Shown here: positions 52,280 through 64,000 of the stretch, in pieces
Numbering within the stretch: position 1 is the first letter of the stretch
Layout of the letters: each line of letters starts with the position of its first letter
Source of the DNA: Trichinella spiralis
Lineage: Eukaryota
DNA: 64,000 nt
Assembly (NCBI RefSeq): GCF_000181795.1
Contig: NW_003526943.1
Span: forward strand, 2,489,666 to 2,553,665
Direction: 5' to 3'
The notes under the pieces: model-generated
The model's input: the letters and a program-made list of their open reading frames with translations, nothing else
What the model was told of the DNA's origin: nothing
Database searches by the model: none
Position numbers and translations under genes: made by a program

Positions 52280-53848
52280 TTAATCTCTTGATTGATACAG
52301 ATGTCTCATGGAAAGTCTTCTGGTTCCAGATTTTCGGCGACATTTACAAAGAACGATGTCTTTGAAGCAACGTCGAAAGTCTTGATTGCAAAAGCAGTAA
52401 ATAAGTGGATTGACAAGGGAATTAAAATAGCCCAGCCACAGAAACGCATCTGATAAAGCGGGTGAAATTGGACATGAAAATTTGGCGCTGCTGGTTTCGT
52501 ACAAATTTTCAGAAACGGAAAGCGTGCTTGGTACTTGGAAATTTTCCGCCAAATTTTCTTTGAGCTTTCCCACGCCAGGATGCGCGTGGCAAATTGGCTC
52601 GATGAGATGCAAGGTGAAGAACGGAAGCCAGCATACGGTGAAGCCGCTCACCACTATGCAAACAACCACTATCGCCCGACGTTCTTTGGCTTGCAGGGAT
52701 GAAGCGAACAGGCGTCTTGTTATTGAGATTTCATTGTTGAAGAGTCCTGAAAATGAATGGAACCTTCTGCCGGCTTCTGGACCACCACTGTCGTGGCTGT
52801 GACGATTATTTGAAATCACAGCAAACGCTTTTCTGCTTTGTTGATTAGTTTGACAAAACGAAGAACTCGTTTTCAACGGTTTTGCAATCCTTGCTTCACT
52901 CATAAAAGGGCCAGTTGTTGTATTAGTGGCAATAGTGGAAAATGAGCGTATTGTTCTTCCTTTGGGTTGAGCTTTGCAAACGCGTCTTGCGCGACCACTT
53001 CCATTTGGGGATAACAGCTGCAGTGTTGACTGTGTCCAGCTTAAAACTGTAAAAAACGAACCGAATATGATGCATCCGGAAAATCCATCAGCCGGACTGT
53101 TCGATGGGCGTTGGGCATTGCCCAGAGATGTTCTGTTCGAGTTGTCGCTTGAGAGCACAACTGATTGTGATTTTTCACTCAGGGATTGCTCGATCAATGC
53201 GTGCTGCAATGGTTTCACCTCAGACAACCGATTGCATTCACTGTTCAGACTGTCTATGGTTCTTAACCTGCACCGTATTACGCGAACAATTTTGCAATAA
53301 ACGAAAAGAATAAGCATTAGTGGAATGTAAAACGAAGCCATTGATGAATAAATTCGGTACGAAAGCATAGTCGGATAAGTACAAGAATCAAGCTGATCAG
53401 GAAACTCCCACGCCGGAATTACTAGCGGTAAGCTTGAAATCAAAAGCGCAATGCACCAAACAAACAGCAGTGCGGTTATTGCAAGACGCCTCGTTTGTCG
53501 ACCTTTGTATTTCAGTGGATCAGTGATGGCAAAATACCTGTCCAAACCGATAATGCACAAATTCAATATTGAAGCAGTGCAGAGGAGAACATGAGCTGTG
53601 CTCCATAAACGACATATCAACCTTCCAAATTGCCATGTGTGCTTGAATGCCATATCGATCAAGGCAACTGGCATTACCAAAATTGAAACAAGGAAGTCGG
53701 CAGTGGCTAATGAAACGAGAAGAATATTCGGTGTCGTCTGCATGCCTCGGTAAACGGATACGGACAAGATAATCAGTCCATTTCCAATAATTGCAAACAG
53801 ACACATTACTGCAAGCACGATCACCCAAACCAGGGTCAGCCAGTGCAT
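52280..53848 (-). CDS. Class A GPCR of the biogenic amine receptor (octopamine/tyramine/serotonin-like) clan; 7TM region uninterrupted, N-terminus uncertain
   Basis: GN (TM1), SLATADFLV..VMP (TM2), WQFG..C, CTASILNLCIIGLDRY, SSMASFYIP (TM5), long ICL3, KERRA..GFTVCWLPFF (TM6), WLGYFNSLVNPLIY (TM7), FRRCF (helix 8). Confidence 0.93.
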   Translation of the reverse strand: MHWLTLVWVIVLAVMCLFAIIGNGLIILSVSVYRGMQTTPNILLVSLATADFLVSILVMPVALIDMAFKHTWQFGRLICRLWSTAHVLLCTASILNLCIIGLDRYFAITDPLKYKGRQTRRLAITALLFVWCIALLISSLPLVIPAWEFPDQLDSCTYPTMLSYRIYSSMASFYIPLMLILFVYCKIVRVIRCRLRTIDSLNSECNRLSEVKPLQHALIEQSLSEKSQSVVLSSDNSNRTSLGNAQRPSNSPADGFSGCIIFGSFFTVLSWTQSTLQLLSPNGSGRARRVCKAQPKGRTIRSFSTIATNTTTGPFMSEARIAKPLKTSSSFCQTNQQSRKAFAVISNNRHSHDSGGPEAGRRFHSFSGLFNNEISITRRLFASSLQAKERRAIVVVCIVVSGFTVCWLPFFTLHLIEPICHAHPGVGKLKENLAENFQVPSTLSVSENLYETSSAKFSCPISPALSDAFLWLGYFNSLVNPLIYCFCNQDFRRCFKDIVLCKCRRKSGTRRLSMRHLYQSRD

Positions 53849-56800
53849 GCCAGTTAATGCTGATTTTAGATGATGCAATCTGCTATTAGCAAAATTTTCA
53901 GATTACAACACTTACAGGAAACGGACCAATATCAATAAGTTGATAGACCATTAACTTTGTATATCTTATTCACGTGTTGGAATCGAACCAATTTTCAAGT
54001 TCAACCAAAATTTATTGCAATATTATTTATCGTCCACTGTTCTTCAAAATCATTCCATAACTAAATTATAATTTTCATATCACTTGAAAACGATCAAAAA
54101 TTGAATAAGCAATAAAAACTTTAATAGATATTTAAACAAAAATAAATCAATTACACTGAAATCAAAACTACTAATCGATTACTATTTGGATTTTTGTCTT
54201 TTTGACGAGGCACATCTGAAAAGTGCATCTGGAAGTCACATAAAATTCTACGAATAACTTTGGATAAGCATTTAATTAAAATGAACTTTGCTATTAATGT
54301 AAACTGAACAGTAAAATTGTAACTCATAAAATGTAATAAGTTGTAATTTACTATAAGATATCGTTTGTAAAGATGCTTTTAAAGTTTCTGAGAACATTTT
54401 TCATATTAAAATAAAATTTTCATTTGTTTTCTACAAAACTGCATGAACTAAGTTATATTTTTAAAAATTATATTATGTCAATATTAAATAAATATTAAAT
54501 CTTGGCACCAAAAAAATCAATTAGCAAAAAATAACTCTTCCACAGAGAAATAGAGAAATTCAAAAAAGCTTCTAATAAGCATGCACGATGATGGTTGCTC
54601 TCAGGAGTGCATAAACAGAATAAATTTATTAAACGATATATTGAACTTTTTACCTACAGCAAAACTGCCATGCATTTCAAGTAAAGATATTAAGCATGCC
54701 AAACATATATGCTAATGATATTGAATTATTTTCATCTGAAAGTACAATTTAACAAAAAACGTATTAGATTTTATTATATTTTAATTTTATTACTGCATTA
54801 TGTGTCAGCTGAAAACTTTTTTAAATCATTCTTTGTAATGAAATCTGTCTATTAGAAAATTGACATCCCGTAACTAAATTAATGAGTGTTAGCCGTTAAA
54901 AATGTGAGGTAATTTTCGAATTTTCAAATAACATTCAAAAATAAATAGTAAATAATGCGCATGTTTAGAACAGTTCACTTTTACTAATTATTTTTATTCA
55001 AATTATGTAAAACCATTTAAAAGTATATCGTATTAATGCGAATTATAGAAAAACTGAGATCTTAAGCCACTCAGCTAAAATAAAACGCTTTTCACAATGT
55101 AATTTAATAACAAAATATAAATTGCACTTTATGTAATATGACTATTTGTTCTAAAAGACTTGATAATTTTATTATTGCAAATGCTATTCACCTACATATC
55201 AGCAATCAAACAATGTAAAACTGTTGAAACTTGCTTTTGGAATATCATATATTAAAAGATGCATATTTAATCAGTTGCACATAAATGCAAAATCAGGAAT
55301 TAAAATTAAACGGAAATTTAAGTGCAATAGACAAACTGCTTTATTTATGTTGAATACATGAAAAAAGGAGGAATATTTTTTGAAAAAATGATGTTTTTTC
55401 AATTCAGCTGCACGAATACGTGTAAAGTTGTAAGCAGTGATCAAGCATATGGATATTTATGAATAAAGCTTGCTTTTATTTTGTTGTTACCAATTGGCGA
55501 AGAGAACGCACTGGTAGGAAAAATGGATTTTTATTTTTTAGACAAAGACAAAGGAAGAAAGAAAATATTTATTAACGTGTTGATTGCTTGTAGATGCTGA
55601 ATAGCTGTGAATGATTCTATAAAACAAAATATTTTTAAAGCAGCAATTAATTACAGTCACTCGTTATTATGCAAAGTATTCATAGTACAGTGTAATGTAT
55701 TATTTATTAATAGTATACTGAAAAGTTCTGCTTTGAGAAAGAATTTGGGTAATAAAAATATTAACATCAAACAAATTTTTACTTGAGAAAGAAGTGTAAA
55801 AAGGCAGCAATTATGCAAGTAAGTAGAAGATGGCCTTTTAGCAGATCATGGCAGAAATAAGAGTCAGTTACACCTTCTGAGGCGGGATTTTAAAAACTTT
55901 ATAATCAATACGACTTGACTTGATAATAAGTGATGAAGAGAACAACTATAATGCTAATTAACATCCTTTTGCAGTTAAATGAGGGTATAAAATGTCAGCA
56001 GGAAAATGATTGGTCATTTTTCAAATCAATGTAAGCAAAAATCAATCGCTATGCAACTGGTCAACTGCAGCTTAAACAACAAAAGTGCTTAAAATGCGTA
56101 CCACCAACGCGAGCAAATTAAAATGCGAATCAAGAGATTGATGAATAAAATGATCTTTTCTCTTTTTCATAAAATCAAATAGACTGATTGTGCAAAACTG
56201 TTAAAAGATAGTTCAATTCTTTCAAATAAATTGAAATGTAAACTGACCTTATAAGGAAATTTGAGGCATTGAAAAGTCGATTATTATTACCTACAAGTGA
56301 ATAAAGAATATAGGAATTTACCATATTTCCTGATGATTAGATGAAGGTGTTCTTTGGGAACACAAACAAACAACTCATTAAAGTGAGGTTTTCCTCATGA
56401 AAAACTTTTCATCTCAATAATAAACGCCTACGACAATGGAATTTATTTTCAAATGCAAAAAATTTTGCAATAAGGCTGAAGCTGAGAAAAGTTGCTAGCA
56501 CAAGGAGCATTCTAATAAAATCAGAGGAAAATTGTTTAAGTAAAGCAGTTCGTATAATAAAATTTAAGCATATTTTTTGACAGGCGTTAAAAGATCATAT
56601 TATGCTTTATTTGAATGAAAATTGTTTTTCAAATCTAATTAGTAATGTAATTCTAGTACTTTGCGATTAAGATGAAGCAAGTTTCGAATGTTTTGAGTAA
56701 CCTTTAACTTTATGTCACCTTAGCGCATCAGTTTTAAAATTAAAATGGCAGCTTCAAGTTTACAACAACTTAATTCAAATATTCAAATATATATATATAT

Positions 56801-59800
56801 ATTAGCATGACAAAAAAAATTCTTAATTACTTCTTTTAATATTAAAATTCCTTCTTTTTCCAGCATTTACACTAAATAATATTATTTTTAATTTTCTATT
56901 TAACATTTCAATAAATTAAAAAACAACATATCTTTAATGGAACAGTTTAATTTTACTAATCAACAATTTTTTGTCAGCATTACTTGCACTTAGCAAATCA
57001 TTTGTTGTTGTTGAACACTTCGGAGTTGAAGTGATAAGTGAAAATGGAATCTTTTTCAAATTATAGCTCTTTGCCAGTCCAAAATCCAAAAATAAAATCT
57101 GATAAACAACATTGAAATAAATGATCACTTCTGCAATGTTTTTAGGATCACACGTTAATAATTAATGCAATTGTAAGGAGTTTTTCCATAAATGTAAGCA
57201 CGTCAGTTTCAATAAAAATACTCAAAATGCTGTAATAATTAAAATATATAGATTTTATACTTTTGTGATTTATGTTACAAATAGAATTACTGCAATAAAA
57301 ATGCAGGCGTATTTTTAGCATTAAAATTTGAAATATGCAAACTGCAAATTGTGCAAATTATTAATGTTGAAATGAATATTGTGTGAAAGATGCATAAAGC
57401 AAAGTATTTTCATTATTGTTTTAATAACAAAATTGACCGGAGTGATGCAGATATAGCTAAAATAACATTCAATCACTACTTTGCTGATGACAATTACAAA
57501 TAATTACTGGTTCATTGATTGGTTAAATTATTCACAAATTCATTGAACAAAACTGTTTTATAAAGCAGCGGACTGAATTATTATGAAACATTAGAAAATT
57601 AAGATTTAGATTAATTTGTAAAAATCAGGAACACAGGAGTGAATATTTGTTACATTGCAAGTGAAAAGGGTGCAAAGAATGTGAATGCTTTGTGAGACAT
57701 TAAGTTCCAACAGCAGTTCAGCAACAAATATTTTTTTACTAATTAAAGAAATTGGTTTGAATATAAATTTTCTTCAGTGTTGAAATCACATATGCAAAAT
57801 CACATTGAGACACTGATAATATATAATGATAGAATAAAATGAGGGAAATTCTTTTCTTTTAGCTGTTAGCGAAAAATTCAATTAGTTTGAAATTTTTTAA
57901 AAATACACTTATAATAAACAGGAACGTGTTATTTTGAATGAATAATATTTCAGAGTAAATAAAGTGTGTTTGTTCACAGCCTATATATATACCTTATGCT
58001 TAATATCAGGCAAAATTATCTTTTTACATTACAATTTAAAATTAAATCCAACTGTGTTAAAATTTAATATTCTTTATAATTTTTTTTAATTTACACACAA
58101 AAAAAATTAAATTAAAAACATTTAACTTTAAATGAGAGAAGAAATTAACATTTTGTGTGATGTCAAATTGAAAATAAAGTGACAAGTTTTATTTAAAATT
58201 ATTCATAAATAAAAGTTTTTTTTTCGTAAATAGTAGCCTGAATTTTATCAGATTCAGATTCTTATAAATTTCCAAATATGCAAAAATATAAATTCCTTCT
58301 CAAATTTTAACAAACATGCTGACAGTATATTAAAAATCCACGTTATTCCAATTTCATAAAAATAAAAGTGCAAAAACTATTCTTTTTGTCTCTGAGCTAG
58401 TTCTCATGTATAATTTATATGATCTTATGAAAATGATTATAAGAAACTGCGATACTGTTATTTTAAAATTTTGTGCAGTTTGGCAGAATTTAGCATAACG
58501 ACTTAAAACCAAGTGATGATATGAATGAAATTTTACAGCATTAGTTCAACATTATCTCACTTTAAAATTCAACAACGATGAATTAGTTATAAGTGTGCAT
58601 TTTGCATTTTTATGTTTTACTCGAGAATAATTATGTATTTGAGAAATCAACTGAAATTACTGAAAAATGAAAATGAAAATTTAAATTACCTTATCATACA
58701 CGCGCGTAAAGCAACGACAGTAATAATAAATTTGCATAGAATTTACGATTTAAATTTTAAAATTAATAAAAAAGTAATGTTGCAATGAATTATAAGGAAC
58801 TGAAAATTTGCACATAAGAAAAAGATTATTGGCAATATAAAGAAGACCCAAACGATTGCAGCTTTAAAAATTGGCAACATTTTAAGCAATTAACAATAGA
58901 TTACAACAATCAAATAAAAATTAAACTGGGGAATATATTTCTTTCTGTTTATATTTCTTTTTTGATTGGTTAATAACCTTATTCGTTTTGCAATTCGTAA
59001 AATGTTAGATTTCAATAGTAATGTATTAACAATTTGTTAATATTAATTCATATTTCAAAGTATAATTTTAAATTTTACCATCACATTTATCGCATTTGTA
59101 ATGCTATATTTCAAATCAGTTGCTTGTTAGCAAACTAATTACAAAGAATAGGTTGCCAAAATATAGTGCTGCTTATTTTGGATGGTTTCATGCAGAATTA
59201 TCAAAATCTTACTTGAACATTGATACACTGCAGAGTGAGAGAAATTTGAATTGGATTTTCTAAATTTGCGACAATCGCTTTTCACTGAAAACCGCAATCG
59301 ACACTTTTCAAGCAATAAAAGATATGCTAATTAAAAGTGAACGATTTAGACCATTTTGATCAGCAGAAAGAGACGCTGATGAAGATAATTGAATAAGTTT
59401 GCCTAAAATTGGTTGCATTCTTCCATATTCAGAGGGTGCAGTGTTGGATTTTTGTTAGCCGTCCATTGATTTGCAAATCACGAAAAGATACTTGCGCACT
59501 TCAAGAAGCACACGAGTGTGCTCTTAAAATAAATCAATTAAAATTTTAGATTATTTGGTGAAGAAATGACAAATAGCAACCAATTCTCTCGTGGATATAC
59601 GAAAATTATGGCCAAGAAACATGAGCCAGCTAGCAAAACTAAGCACAATTACTTTCTATTCTGAACTCGACTGATTTAAACCAATGATCACCATATTACT
59701 CTCACTCCCTTTTTCTCTCTTCTGCGTGTTTGTGTGATAATACTTGATTTTAGTAACAGTTAATTTTGTGTAGTACTTATTTTTATGTCAAATCATTGCA

Positions 59801-62800
59801 AACATTACAAAGAGGCTTTTTAAATAATTTTGCTGCTCCATGGGATGAAACTTTTGCATTCGTGAACAATTAACGAATCATCAGGTAGAATATTCTTATT
59901 AAATCTTACATCGGTTGGTAAATTAGTATTATGATAAAAATCATTCATTATTACTTTATTAATTATGAACAAAATTAACATCACAATATTTTTATTCAGT
60001 GAAACAGCATAACTCAAAGTACCATGAATGGTAAAATACAATGCAAAGTATGTCAAAGGTTAAAACTGACAAAGTCAGAGCTCTTACTGTAGCAAAATAC
60101 ATCGCATTCCTCAAATTTTTTCAAAGATGCACATTAAAACACATCTTGCATGTTTTTTTATCGATTTAATCCATTGTAATTGTAAATTTGTGCATCAAAA
60201 CAAATTGACCAATTCTTTCGTTACTTTTGTCAAACTAAATGCAAAAATTAATTTTTCATTTATTTTCAAAATATTTCCATCCACTATTTTTCATAGTAAT
60301 AATAGATGGTATAGATGAAAGTTTAATTGCAAAAATTTTCCCAGCTTTAATCGATAAGATGGAATTTAAATCAATATCAATCTGCTTATTTCAGAATGAA
60401 GTTTTGTTTACCTTTGCAACTATATGCTGCTGAAAATAAGCTAAGAGTAAGAACTTCTCACTATCACATTGTTTTAAACTTTTCTAACTGAAAATCGATT
60501 TTATATTCTTAATAATATCGTCTATCATTGGTTCTGAAAAGTGAAATTTTGTTTTCTGTCAGTTCAAAATTAAAGATCGATTGAAATTTTCTCTATCCTG
60601 TGAGAGAAGAAACAGCTTCTTTATAAAATTAGGGTTGCCTTATATGAATTTAATTTTATAAAGTCATAATTTACACTCAGTTTTTGCAATCCTTATTTCT
60701 GTTCTTAATTAAAATAATAATCAGAAAATCAAAATTAAACAAATTGATTCAATCAGGAGTGTAGCAGTGAAACAGTTGCAATATTATTATAAGTCAATAT
60801 GTCAATTTTGCTTGCTTGCACAGCCTAAAGTTTTGCTAATGCAAAATATGCGCAAAATAATAAATTTAAAATTAAAGTCTGCATTGCAATTGCAATTTTA
60901 AGCAGAGTGTTCAAAATTATTGAAAATAAATAGATACAAGAATAGCTTATTAATAAAAAAACGAACTAACATAATGTCGCTCGAGTAGATTTGTAGAGAA
61001 GTATGGATCATCTCAAGTAATGCTGTTTTTAATATTATGCAATATTTGCCATAATCATTCATCTATATGCAGTCTTCAGGGAAATATAAAAGCAATTATT
61101 GATCAGCTTACACCCTTAAGATTTTGAATATTGCAAAGATATGAAATTATTGTTGAGTGATTCATAATTACACTTTTGCTGTAAGTTGTGTTTAAGAAGT
61201 TTTGATTTACGATTGATATCTTGTTCGCACATTAACTAATAATACACAACAGTAGTAACTTCCAATAATCTCTTGTTGCCCAGGTTGCCTTACATTAATG
61301 CTTCTTCCATACCATTGTGTTTATAATAATAATTTGCTTCTAAGCAATAATTAATTTTTTCCAACTTGTACTACAAGCATTTACTAGAACGATATTTTCT
61401 TTGAGGGAATTGAGCATTTTAATTTAATATAAAAGTCAATTAAAAACATATGCGCAACACAGGAAATGTAAATTTTAAAAAATGTCCTTGCATTCAGCTA
61501 AGCAGCACTTCAAAAAAATGCAACTAATTTATTTTTGCTAAACTTTGCTCAAAAAATACGCAAAATAACCGTTACCATTTTAAAACACTTTTTATAAATC
61601 TGCATACATGCATTTGCATACATTCAAACATGATTATATTATTTACAACGTCTTATTCAGTTATAAGTCAATTTTCTAATTCTTCTGTACATAAAAAATT
61701 AATGTTAAAAATAAATGCTGTTTTATATGAGAAAAGAGATCAATTTCATTTCTTTCATGCAATGCACATTTTTTGAAAATTGCAATAATGAAAAAATGCA
61801 TTACAATAAATAACAACAGAGCTACAGTGACAAGCTAAAATACAGAACCATATTAAAAAATATGTTATAAAACAAATAATAGAATATTTTTAATATTATT
61901 CAAATTGAACAAAATTGTGTCCTTTTATTTGGAATTATTTTTTTGGAAATTTGGTTACACACACACAAATGTCCGCAATTGCAGCAAAATAGGCGACAAC
62001 ACTTAGACAAGATAGCAAATTTGGAAAATTGGTGCTTTTTTAAAGAAAAACTAAATGTTTAAACTAGCTAATATTTCTAAATATTTTTTCATTTTTATCA
62101 AAATATTATAAAAATTTGATAATATTATTTCAATGAAATGCTTCAACACACATTTATTTATTTATTTATTTATATGTATATAAGATATCATTTTGCAAAA
62201 TATTGTTGAATAATAAACGCAATCAAAAAATATTTCTTACTAAAGCGTGCAGTAGAAAGTGAACTTGCTCAGCTGCATACTGCTCTTTGTACGTTAGTAG
62301 TATAAAATATGATTAGAAATATTAAAAAAAAAGAATAGCCTACCAGTTGAGCATGCACGCTACAGTTTAAAAGCAGCAACAAATGAAATGAATTTTAAAT
62401 GTTTAACAGTTAGCAGTGCATTTCTCCAATTTGGATTTGCTAAGTTTAATAAATTCAACGTAATTTTCAAATAAATATGATCGAAATGTCAATAAAATAA
62501 TATCTAGCTCAGATAAATACCGCATAAACGTAAAGCAAATCAATGCCAATAGCAGTAGACGCTCTCATTTTGATGCGTCCAAACAATGCTATCAGATTAC
62601 AATAGAAACTTGTGGCAGAATAAAGACTACAAATTCACTTATCATCTTCAGTTGAATTTTTTTTCAATTAGAAAATGCATTTTGATTTGAAATATTGAGA
62701 AATATGAAATTAAGATAAAATAAGATAAATAAACTTATCCACAACAATTTTCAATACAGCAGATAGCTGTCAGTGCTAGTGTGCTATTCTATAAACTGTT

Positions 62801-64000
62801 TGTTGTTAATGCTCACAGACTGTTTTGTATTTGAAAACAACTTTGAATATTAGTATCTGCTTTATCTCACTATCTACGTCAGAATATTTCTCACCCATTT
62901 CGTTTATATTGTTGATGTTGATGAATTAACTGTTTGAATACAAACAATATTGCTTGCTTGAAATTTTTTTGAACAGCATTGTACTGCTTACATTAAAATA
63001 CAAACGGGAGATGGGAAAATGTCTGAGCAATAATACAGATTAGATTCTATCCAATTGCACACGTCAGCATCGACATCAGAACAAATGTATTTGGTTATAT
63101 AACATGCAAGGTGATAAACACATCTTACTATTTTTTTCAGATGACCATTTGCAAATATTAGAGAAGCTTTTCCAAGTACCTTTTGCTTCTCTCCACTTGA
63201 AGTGAAAAGCAATGAATGGAATGCTGATGCAAATGTCGTATTCTTATAGAAATCCGCATTCAAAAACGCTTTACGTCTGTAATTTTGTCATTACGTCAGT
63301 CACATGAGCCAGCTTCGACAAAGCTTCTGATGCTCGGTAGCTATGCGGCATTCTCAGCACCGTTCAAAAATAAATACAAAATGACTGTTGATTTCAATTT
63401 GAACTTTGCTAGAAAATATGAAAATTGTTTGCTCAAAAATATGTACTATAAAGAAAGATCCTACAAAATGACTGATTGTCTGCCAGCTGTGAGCTGAAAA
63501 CAACGTCCGTGAGCATAATCATTGTTGTAATTCGATTAGCAGTTTAGCAAATTCAGTTTGTCATTATCGAACAAATGTTCCCTTTATTTCTTGGTACGGA
63601 AATAAAACCATCCTCTGCTTGGCATCAATTCTTGAAAATAGGCTACTGAATGATTAACAGAAACTACATATATATATATATACATGCGCAATTAAACTGC
63701 AAAGCATAAAGCTGCACAGTTATGTTTGCAAAATAAAGCGGTCTATTCTTCAATTATTCAGTCTTTTTATTTGGTTTAAGGTTGGCTTTATTAATTTTAA
63801 CGCAATTATGTAAATTCAAATAAATGATCCATTTGATTCTTATCAAGTCTTCAGCTATATTCATTGCTGTCACAGCTTATTCATTTTTTTCAGTTGTACA
63901 ATTTTGGTGTTAGCAATAATTTTAAAAAATTTATTTCATATATGTTCAAAATTGTAAATAATTTCACTTTACTCAAAAATATTAAACTAATCTTTGTTGC

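Noticed and set aside
2356..53848. Functional clustering of the amine-synthesis enzyme DDC and the amine-type GPCR
   Set aside because: They are about 48 kb apart with nine unrelated genes between them; coincidence is sufficient.

Overview
AT-rich eukaryotic genomic DNA with many short (about 50-70 nt) spliceosomal introns. The gene set and style suggest a nematode, most plausibly Trichinella or a related clade I species; this is inference and cannot be verified here. Genes in order: 3' part of a cathepsin B-like protease, DOPA/aromatic amino acid decarboxylase, Mediator subunit 19, palmitoyl-protein thioesterase 1, a two-pore (TWK/K2P) potassium channel, methionyl-tRNA synthetase with a C-terminal EMAP II-like domain, mitochondrial EF-Ts, a secreted EndoU ribonuclease, an alpha-amylase with a C-terminal extra domain, a Polyhomeotic-like SAM protein, a TTBK/CK1 kinase and an aminergic-like GPCR. 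About 10 kb without recognisable coding sequence follows. Mobile elements at 27-38 kb include two hAT-type MITEs with 8-bp TSDs, a pogo-like end, and a solo LTR nested in a large inverted repeat beside two assembly gaps. The most notable observations are a TATA-preceded, G-U-rich, multi-hairpin ncRNA candidate at about 5270-5490, an amine-type GPCR with Asp3.32 replaced by His, a Polyhomeotic-like HD1+SAM gene, and an array of LC8-type TQT motifs in the K2P tail. Exon boundaries were read by eye.
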